Made by a program: the position numbers and the translations under genes | Notes under the pieces: model-generated | What the model saw: the letters and a program-made list of their open reading frames with translations, nothing else | What the model was told of the DNA's origin: nothing | Database searches by the model: none | Origin: an uncultured Acidobacteriota bacterium | Lineage (GTDB): Bacteria; Acidobacteriota; Terriglobia; Acidiferrales; UBA7541 | Direction of reading: 5' to 3' | NCBI GenBank assembly: GCA_963744235.1 | Contig: CAVUSU010000008.1 | Location: forward strand, 96,277-128,276 | Length of the DNA: 32,000 nucleotides | In this document: positions 25,703 through 32,000 of the stretch, in pieces | Layout of the letters: every line of letters starts with the position of its first letter | Numbering within the stretch: position 1 is the stretch's first letter

Positions 25703-27082
25703 GTGAACCAATTGCTGACTGAAACTGCCGTTCGAGCGGCGCGATACGCGGCGGGCATCCGGGGACGGCGAGTCGCACCGTCACCTGACGCCATAGCGCG
25801 CCTGGAAGCGCTCGGTGGCCCCTTGCCGTCGGCCCCTTGCGACCCTGCCGAGGTTTTGGCTCTGCTCGACGACGTGGGATCGCCTGCCACAGTTGCCACC
25901 ACTGGTGGGCGCTATTTCGGATTTGTTATCGGCGGCACCGTGCCCGCGGCCCTGGCGGCAAACTGGCTTGCCGGAATTTGGGACCAGAACGCTGCTTTCT
26001 CCGTTATGTCGCCGGTTGCGGCGAAGATCGAGGAAATTGTACTCGCTTGGATTGTTGATCTCTTGGCCCTGCCGGCGAACTGTGGCGTTGGCTTCGTTAC
26101 GGGCACCACGATGGCCAACTTCACAGCCCTCGCTGCCGCCAGAACAGCGCTGCTCAAGCGGGCGGGATGGGACGTTGAGGCAGATGGGTTGTTTGCCGCT
26201 CCGCCGATTAAGGTCGTCGTGGGTGACGAAGCTCACGTCTCTTTGCTGAAGGCGCTCGCCCTATTGGGATTGGGTCGTTCGCGCGTAACCTCGGTGCCGA
26301 CCGACGGCCAAGGCCGCATGATCGCCGATGCGCTGCCCCAGCTTGATGAACGCACTTTGGTGTGCATCCAGGCCGGGAATGTGAACACAGGAGCGTTCGA
26401 TCCCGCCAGGAACATTTGTGCGCGCGCTCACGAGGCCGGAGCTTGGGTCCACGTTGACGCTGCGTTCGGCTTGTGGGCAGCGGCTTCGCCGCGCTACGCC
26501 CACCTCTTGGACGGCGTGGGCGCCGCTGATTCTTGGGCGATTGATTGCCACAAGTGGCTCAATGTGCCCTACGACTCGGGGCTCGCCGTTGTTCGCGAAC
26601 CTGAGCATCTCCGAAGTTCAATGGCCGTGGCTGCCGCTTATCTACAGACTGGCGGCATGCGTGAACCCTGCCATTACACCCCCGAATCCTCGCGGCGCGC
26701 GCGCGGAATCGAACTCTGGGCGGCAATTCGGTCCCTCGGACGCGACGGCCTCAAGGAATTGATCGAGCGCAATTGTTCGTTGGCGAAGGTTTTTGCCGAG
26801 CGCCTCCACCAGGCCGGGTTCGAAATACTGAATGACGTGGTCTTGAATCAGGTTCTCGTGTCATTTGGCAGCGCGGATGAAACCAGACGCGTCATTGCCG
26901 AAGTGCAGAATGAGGGAACGTGCTGGTGTGGTGGAACCCAGTGGCATGGACGCACTGCAATGCGAATCAGCGTTTCAAGCTGGGTATCGGACCACGAAGA
27001 CGTCGAGCGAAGCCTTGCTGCAATTCTCAGAATTGCAAAATCGGTTCTGCCATCAAAACCCCACGCTGACGATTCCTGCTAA
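25703..27082 (+). CDS. Pyridoxal phosphate-dependent decarboxylase family protein (group II, fold type I)
   Basis: The ORF is open from TTG 25658. GTG 25703 is preceded by GGGAGG (25692-25697). It has strings typical of PLP decarboxylases (GFVTGTTMANFTALAAAR; HVDAAFGLWA; the PLP-lysine context DCHKWLNVPYDSG). Substrate unknown. Confidence 0.75.
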   Translation: MNQLLTETAVRAARYAAGIRGRRVAPSPDAIARLEALGGPLPSAPCDPAEVLALLDDVGSPATVATTGGRYFGFVIGGTVPAALAANWLAGIWDQNAAFSVMSPVAAKIEEIVLAWIVDLLALPANCGVGFVTGTTMANFTALAAARTALLKRAGWDVEADGLFAAPPIKVVVGDEAHVSLLKALALLGLGRSRVTSVPTDGQGRMIADALPQLDERTLVCIQAGNVNTGAFDPARNICARAHEAGAWVHVDAAFGLWAAASPRYAHLLDGVGAADSWAIDCHKWLNVPYDSGLAVVREPEHLRSSMAVAAAYLQTGGMREPCHYTPESSRRARGIELWAAIRSLGRDGLKELIERNCSLAKVFAERLHQAGFEILNDVVLNQVLVSFGSADETRRVIAEVQNEGTCWCGGTQWHGRTAMRISVSSWVSDHEDVERSLAAILRIAKSVLPSKPHADDSC

Positions 27083-27364
27083 AATGAACTGCGGAGATGG
27101 TCTGCAACGCAGGTGACGTTGCGAAAGCCTTTTGAACCAACACTGGATCCCAGGGAGCTCACGTCGTCCTGCCGTTGCGCACGCCCCGGCTTCGGTTGGG
27201 GAAGCCTGAAAGCAGGCGCAGGGCACCCACTTATTCGTGGGGTTCAGGGCCTAGCACCGCACGGCGAAGTGGACCCCTCCGCATTTCCGATTATCTTTTC
27301 CCGGTGAACTCCGCCGTTCTCTGTGTACTCTGTGTTCGGCGTTTCGGCTCCAGGAAAGGTCAGC

Positions 27365-28147
27365 GTGAAAATCCTCTTTATCGGAGACATTGTAGGTTCG
27401 CCGGGGCGCAAGATCGTCCACGACCGGCTTGCCGACATCCTTTCGCAGCGGTCGATCGATCTCTGCATCGCCAACGGTGAGAACTCCGCGTCCGGCTTTG
27501 GCATAACGCCGCGCCTAGCCGAGGAGCTTTTCGGATCGGGAGTGGAAGTGATCACCGGCGGCAATCACATTTGGGACCGCAAGGAGATTTTCGATTTCTT
27601 CCCCCACGAGCCGCGCCTGCTGCGCCCCGCGAATTTTCCGAACGGCTCGCCCGGGAAAGGACTCTTCGTCGGAGTGGCGAAGAACGGCGCCGGCTACGCC
27701 GTTCTCAATTTGCAGGGCCGCACATTCATGACGCCCATCGACGACCCATTTCGCGCCGCCGCGCACGAGTTGGCGCAGGTTCCCGCCGGCGTAAAAATCA
27801 TTGTCGTCGACATGCACGCCGAAGCAACTTCAGAAAAACAGGCCATGGGCTGGTATCTCGATGGCAAGGTGACGGTGGTTCTCGGCACGCACACGCACGT
27901 TCAGACCGCCGACAATCACGTCCTTCCCGCCGGCACTGCTTACATCACGGATGTCGGCATGACCGGCCCTCACGATTCCGTAATCGGCATGGAAAAACAG
28001 GGAATCGTCCAGCGCTTCCTCGATGCCATGCCGGCGCGATTCGCCGTCGCCGAAGGCGACATTCAAATGAACGCGGTGCTGATCGATGCGGACGAGACCA
28101 CCGGCCGCGCCCGCTCCATTGACCGCCTGAACTTCCGCCTCGACTGA
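27365..28147 (+). CDS. ymdB: YmdB-family metallophosphoesterase (TIGR00282-like)
   Basis: VKILFIGDIVGSPGR..., CIANGENSASGFGIT, ITGGNHIWD, VDMHAEATSEK and GTHTHVQTAD are the conserved metal-binding blocks of YmdB-type phosphoesterases. GTG 27365 follows GGAAAGG; the ORF is open from ATG 27323. Confidence 0.85.
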   Translation: MKILFIGDIVGSPGRKIVHDRLADILSQRSIDLCIANGENSASGFGITPRLAEELFGSGVEVITGGNHIWDRKEIFDFFPHEPRLLRPANFPNGSPGKGLFVGVAKNGAGYAVLNLQGRTFMTPIDDPFRAAAHELAQVPAGVKIIVVDMHAEATSEKQAMGWYLDGKVTVVLGTHTHVQTADNHVLPAGTAYITDVGMTGPHDSVIGMEKQGIVQRFLDAMPARFAVAEGDIQMNAVLIDADETTGRARSIDRLNFRLD

Positions 28148-28272
28148 AATTTGTAGTCGTGAATCCAGAGGCGCCCCTGTTACGTCCCAAGAACGCGGAA
28201 CTCTGCGCGGGCATCGCGGGAATGAATAGACGCATCTGGATAATTATCAAAAGGCCGCTCAAGGGGTGGGTT

Positions 28273-30111
28273 GTGTCTCGTTGCAGGTGGTTCCTGTTGA
28301 GTAACTTGGCAGTAATCGGGCTATCGCTGGCCGCTTTGGCGTTTCCCGCCGCTGGACAGGGTCTCAGGACCGTTGTCGAATCGCGTGACAAGGTGTTCCC
28401 GGGAGTCGGGGCCGGAGTTACTGCCCTCAAACGCGATTCTTCCGGGCGGTACTACATTCTCGCGAAGCCCGAGACTATCGTCTCCGTGTTTGGCCCTGAC
28501 GGCAACCTCATCGGCCAGATTCCCAATGCCAAATCGAACGGCGCAACAATCCGGTATGCCGTCGATATCGACCTGAGCCCCGACGGCCTCCTCGTCGTTG
28601 CGGACCGCGGTGCCAACGCCATTGACGTTTTTTCGCCCGACGGTTCGCTGGTCTCCCGCACTCCCGTCGTCGCTCCCACCTCCGTCGTCGCGCTCTCCGA
28701 CGGCCAGTTTGCCGTCACCAGCCTGACCTCCAAGCGCCTGGTGGAGGTCATCGATCAACGCGGAAAAGTCGTGCGAAATTTCGGAGACCCCATCGAAGTC
28801 GACGACCAGCCCGATAAACAAGCTGGAGATAAACCGCCAGACAAAGAGCCGCTCATCAGTCGTGGAAAGGTGTCCGGAGACTCCGTGGGGGGAATTTATT
28901 TTGCGTTCACCTCGGTTCCGGACCCGACCGTGCGAAAGTACGACCGGTACGGATATGTAGGCTACGAGGCTTCGATTCCGGAGCATGTGTTTGGAGAAAC
29001 GCCCACGCGGCCCAACGACCGGGTCGAGTTCACCTTCGGCCTTTCCGACGAGTCTTTCTCGCAGCAAACCCGTGGATCCATAACCCTGGGTTCGTCAGGC
29101 GATCTCAAGTTCAACGGCGGAGTAGGAACGGGTTTCGGTGAAGCGCTGAGGCGCGGCGAGGGGTTCAATCAAGCAGTGGAGCAGCAAACGATGGGTGGCG
29201 GAGGCGGTCCCTTTGGAGCGATGTTCTCAGGCCAGGTATCGAGCCAGGGAACAAACATCCAATTGGGCATGGGGCGTATGTCAGGTTTCGGCGGTCGCGG
29301 GCGAGGCCGCATGGGCTTCGGGAGTGTCAGCGACCAAACAACCTCGCAGGGCGCGGCTCTGCAGTTCAATTCTTCGAATAGCGACTTCGGGACGAGCTCT
29401 TCAGACCTTAGCCAATCGTCATCCAGTGTCGACGCTTCCAGCATGACGGCGGAACTTCAGAGTGGGTTCGGTTCGAACGGCACGGGAGCGACGGATCAGT
29501 CCGGCGCCGTTGGCGACACGACCGGAGGGGCATTCAATCAGGGCGGTTTGACCGGAGCCTTCGTGCTTGGCTCTTTCGATCCGTTTGGCTTCGGGCCAGG
29601 TCCTCGCGGCGGACCCGGCGACCTGGGCGGGCACGCGGGTGGGCCGAGGAGTGGCACCACCGGCTTAGGCTCCCTGCCTTCGGCGGGAGCAGGAACGGGA
29701 GCGCGCGGTCCCGGCGGCTTTTCGCATTATGGATATCGCGGACGTTTCGGTTCTAACTCACTCGCTTTCACGGGCGGCATGCGCGTGAACCTTGGCGATC
29801 TCGGCCGCGTTTCGTCCTTTGACAAGCCCATCATCACGGCCATGGCAGCCGACCCGGAAACCCACGAGATTTGGGCCGGGATCGGCGACACTCTGGTTCA
29901 CTTCAGCAGGGACGGCGATCCCGTCGGAATCTATTACCTGACTCTGACCGGCGGGACTGCGCTTAAACCTGTCGCCGTGCTCGTTGAATCCGATCGCCTT
30001 CTCATCGCCGCGGACCCGTGGGGAATATTCGAATTCGCTCGCCCCGACAAGCTCTCCGCGCCGAAGCAACAGCTCAATATTGTCCCGCAAGTCGTGCCCC
30101 AGCCGCGCTGA
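28273..30111 (+). CDS. Secreted NHL/beta-propeller-like repeat protein with a large Gly/Ser/Phe/Arg low-complexity insert
   Basis: ORF 28159-30111. GTG 28273 (after AAGGGG) gives the signal peptide MSRCRWFLLSNLAVIGLSLAALAFPAAGQG; ATG 28222 is an alternative. NHL-like blades (..YAVDIDLSPDGLLVVADRGANAIDVFSPDGSLV..) occur at the N-terminus and again at the C-terminus (..IWAGIGDTLVHFSRDGDPVGIYYL..), separated by ~220 aa of FG/GRG/S-rich sequence. Confidence 0.65.
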   Translation: MSRCRWFLLSNLAVIGLSLAALAFPAAGQGLRTVVESRDKVFPGVGAGVTALKRDSSGRYYILAKPETIVSVFGPDGNLIGQIPNAKSNGATIRYAVDIDLSPDGLLVVADRGANAIDVFSPDGSLVSRTPVVAPTSVVALSDGQFAVTSLTSKRLVEVIDQRGKVVRNFGDPIEVDDQPDKQAGDKPPDKEPLISRGKVSGDSVGGIYFAFTSVPDPTVRKYDRYGYVGYEASIPEHVFGETPTRPNDRVEFTFGLSDESFSQQTRGSITLGSSGDLKFNGGVGTGFGEALRRGEGFNQAVEQQTMGGGGGPFGAMFSGQVSSQGTNIQLGMGRMSGFGGRGRGRMGFGSVSDQTTSQGAALQFNSSNSDFGTSSSDLSQSSSSVDASSMTAELQSGFGSNGTGATDQSGAVGDTTGGAFNQGGLTGAFVLGSFDPFGFGPGPRGGPGDLGGHAGGPRSGTTGLGSLPSAGAGTGARGPGGFSHYGYRGRFGSNSLAFTGGMRVNLGDLGRVSSFDKPIITAMAADPETHEIWAGIGDTLVHFSRDGDPVGIYYLTLTGGTALKPVAVLVESDRLLIAADPWGIFEFARPDKLSAPKQQLNIVPQVVPQPR

Positions 30112-30143
30112 CACGGAATCGAACTGCTCGAAGTTAATTCCCG

Positions 30144-31196
30144 TCACGGCCAATTCGCGTAGAGGGTGTCGATCGGCCCGCCAAACCAATACTTGTAGAA
30201 TCCGTCGTCGCACGTATTCGTGAAGCCGTACTTCCCGCGAGAATGATTTCCCCAGTGTGGACGGCTGCCGTCCGCGTCGGTGAATCCGTATTCATCCGAA
30301 AGCCCCCACGAACTGAATACCCGCCCCGATTTCTTCATGATGTTTGGATCGGCGGCGAGCGACGCAACGGCGCGGCCCGCATACAGCGGCGTCTCCGAAA
30401 TAGCGTAGTCCGGATCCTTTTTCAGCGCGTCCTTCCAGTTCGCCTCAGTCACGCCGAAATGCTCGAGCATGATTTCCGACCGCAGGAATCCGGGCGTCAG
30501 CGCCACTGCTGCCACGTTTTTGCCCCTCAACTCGCGCGCCATGGCAAACGCCAGCCGGATTACGGTTGTCTTCACCATGTCGTAGAACAGGTTCCCGCGA
30601 TACACGTAGGAATCTCCGTCGCCAATCTCGATAATCAGACCGCTGCTCTCATTCTTCTTGGCGCTCTCGATCAGGAGCGGGGCCGCGAAATGGCTGGTGA
30701 GAACGTGGGTATGCACGGCGTTCCGGAACATCGCGAAACCCTTCTCGATATCGAGCTGCCAGAACGCCTTGCCGAACTCTTGTTCAGCGCTCTCCGAGAT
30801 GTCATTTACCAGAATGTCCAGGCGCCCCTGTTCTTTGCGAATCCGGGCAATCAGTTCTTCCACTTGGCCAGGCTCGAGGTGGTCAACCACCACCGGAATT
30901 CCTTTTCCGCCTCGCGCGGACGCCATTTCAGCCGTGTCCTCGATCTTCTCGGGACGGTGTGCGTAGTAATGCTGCGGCCAGCCTTTCTTTTTAGCCTCGG
31001 CGCCACTCTGTGAGTCCGCCGCGGAGGGCGCGGCTGGTTTTGTCCGCGTGCTACGCCCCGTGCAGTACACCGTCGCACCGCCCTCAGCAAGCGCCAGCGC
31101 GATTCCGCGGCCCACTCCGCGCGTGGCGCCTGCCACCAGTGCCACTTTCCCCTTTAATTTTCCAGCGGCGGGGTTTCCAGACGTCAAGGGCTCCAT
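30144..31196 (-). CDS. Short-chain dehydrogenase/reductase (SDR) family oxidoreductase
   Basis: GKVALVAGATRGVGRGIA (TGxxxGxG Rossmann motif) and YDMVK (YxxxK). ATG 31196 lies 8 nt after GGAGG (31209-31205); the ORF track start at 31211 is a GTG inside that SD. Confidence 0.8.
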   Translation of the reverse strand: MEPLTSGNPAAGKLKGKVALVAGATRGVGRGIALALAEGGATVYCTGRSTRTKPAAPSAADSQSGAEAKKKGWPQHYYAHRPEKIEDTAEMASARGGKGIPVVVDHLEPGQVEELIARIRKEQGRLDILVNDISESAEQEFGKAFWQLDIEKGFAMFRNAVHTHVLTSHFAAPLLIESAKKNESSGLIIEIGDGDSYVYRGNLFYDMVKTTVIRLAFAMARELRGKNVAAVALTPGFLRSEIMLEHFGVTEANWKDALKKDPDYAISETPLYAGRAVASLAADPNIMKKSGRVFSSWGLSDEYGFTDADGSRPHWGNHSRGKYGFTNTCDDGFYKYWFGGPIDTLYANWP

Positions 31197-31304
31197 GGAG
31201 TGGACCTCCACAGCAAGTGTTGGAAGACTCTCGCGAATATAAATGACCGTTCATCTACTGTCAAAGCTCGCGCGAGCTGCTTCCTCTTTTCAGTGCCTGC
31301 AAGA

Positions 31305-31771
31305 ATTTCCACAGCCTCTGTTTGCTCGCAAACTGTGGAAAACTTGCGCAGACCTCGCGCCAGACTCTGGCACTTGGCGGGATTGCACGTCTCGCTGCTC
31401 AGGGTGAACGCCCAAGCTATTCGCTTGTTTTTCTGGCTCGAACGCGTTCGACCGCGCACGAAACTTTTGGCACTGATGCAAAGGCGAGACGCCGTCCCGT
31501 GGTTTCGCGGCTGAATTCGCCTTGTGGAAAAACTGTGAATCCTGTGTGAGTGTGCGCCTCTCGTTCGCTCAGTTTTCTCTTGCTCATTACATCGCGTTTA
31601 GGCAGAATCCCGGCTCGCGTTTCTAAGCGTTGCCGTAATTTGTAGCCGAGCACTCATGAAAGCCGCGGAGCGGGGCAAACCTTTGCGGCATCGAGCCTGA
31701 ACGGTCCAAGCGAAAAAGGCCGCACCCAAGCCATTGTGGGATTTCCACAACATTTCCACACCGGTGGAAAT
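31305..31771. other. Putative oriC / dnaA control region: cluster of at least seven DnaA-box-like 9-mers
   Basis: ATTTCCACA 31305-31313; TGTGGAAAA 31334-31342; TGTGGAAAA 31523-31531; TGTGGGATT 31735-31743; ATTTCCACA 31741-31749; ATTTCCACA 31752-31760; GGTGGAAAT 31763-31771. All are one or two mismatches from TTATCCACA and lie directly upstream of dnaA. Confidence 0.7.
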
Positions 31772-31796
31772 CGCAGTAGGGGCTGATTTTCTCAAA

Positions 31797-32000
31797 ATGA
31801 ATACTCTCTGGGACAAAATCCTCCAGCAGGTAGAACGTCGCGTCAACCCACATAGTTTCGCTACCTGGTTTCGACCCACCCGGCAGGAACGCGCCGAAGA
31901 CAACCGGATCGTGGTTCGGGTTCCGACGAAGCTTTTCTCAAAGCGGCTGAAGGAAACCTACGGGGACATCCTGAAAGCTGTCCTTACCGAGATCGGGCGC
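31797..32000 (+). CDS. dnaA: Chromosomal replication initiator DnaA, N-terminal 68 codons (runs off the window)
   Basis: ATG 31797 opens a frame with no stop to the window end: MNTLWDKILQQVERRVNPHSFATWFRPTRQERAEDNRIVVRVPTKLFSKRLKETYGDILKAVLTEIG. This is the typical DnaA domain I text (W..vl..l....v....f.tW..p). It is absent from the supplied ORF track because it is truncated. Confidence 0.85.
   Translation, partial: MNTLWDKILQQVERRVNPHSFATWFRPTRQERAEDNRIVVRVPTKLFSKRLKETYGDILKAVLTEIGR

Noticed and set aside
27083-27364. Structured-looking intergenic region with small hairpins (GCAACG/CGTTGC; GCCTG-AAAG-CAGGC) and a GGAAGC..AGCAGGC string faintly reminiscent of SRP RNA.
   Set aside because: It does not match the conserved SRP helix-8 sequence or the RNase P, tmRNA or 6S signatures I know. 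The hairpins are short. There is not enough evidence to call an ncRNA.
1-32000. CRISPR arrays, rRNA/tRNA genes, and large tandem or dispersed repeats.
   Set aside because: Reading the window revealed no regularly spaced direct repeats and no rRNA- or tRNA-like sequences. The only recurring short elements are the DnaA boxes, CACCGATTT (x2) and the CTTGTTC frame-break context.

Overview
GC-rich bacterial chromosomal window that ends at the replication origin: a cluster of TTTCCACA-type DnaA boxes at 31305-31771, then the 5' end of dnaA from 31797. Protein styles (CarboxypepD_reg-type TonB-dependent receptor, pilin-helix membrane protein, NHL propeller) suggest Acidobacteriota, but this is inference only. 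Left third: glmU and the conserved translation cluster thrS-infC-rpmI-rplT-pheS-pheT-zapA. The cluster is interrupted by a Tat-signal VOC/glyoxalase-like gene (between thrS and infC) and by a vapBC-type toxin-antitoxin pair plus a convergent S9 (DPP-IV-like) peptidase gene (between pheS and pheT). Middle: a metal-homeostasis island with a czcCBA-type HME-RND efflux operon, a convergent HMA-less P1B-type ATPase co-transcribed with a CsoR/RcnR-family repressor (exact RcnR H3-C35-H60-H64 fingerprint, TACT-N7-AGTA operator), and a divergent TonB-dependent receptor. Most interesting: two paralogous small ORFs (13949-14191 and 22291-22572; one TM helix + His cluster + CxxCH(L/F)xH) lie about 120 nt upstream of czcC and of the TonB receptor. 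They are a candidate uncharacterised metal-sensing or regulatory module. Right third: PLP-dependent decarboxylase, YmdB-type phosphoesterase, an NHL-propeller protein with a ~220-aa FG/RGG-like low-complexity insert, and an SDR. Quality caveat: pheS (N-terminus), pheT (two sites), the S9 peptidase and the TonB receptor are frame-disrupted by apparent single-base indels, two of them at the identical heptamer CTTGTTC. Assembly error is the likeliest cause, but it is worth checking. I recognised no rRNA, tRNA, CRISPR, IS or integrase genes. All family assignments come from reading the translations; no database search was possible.
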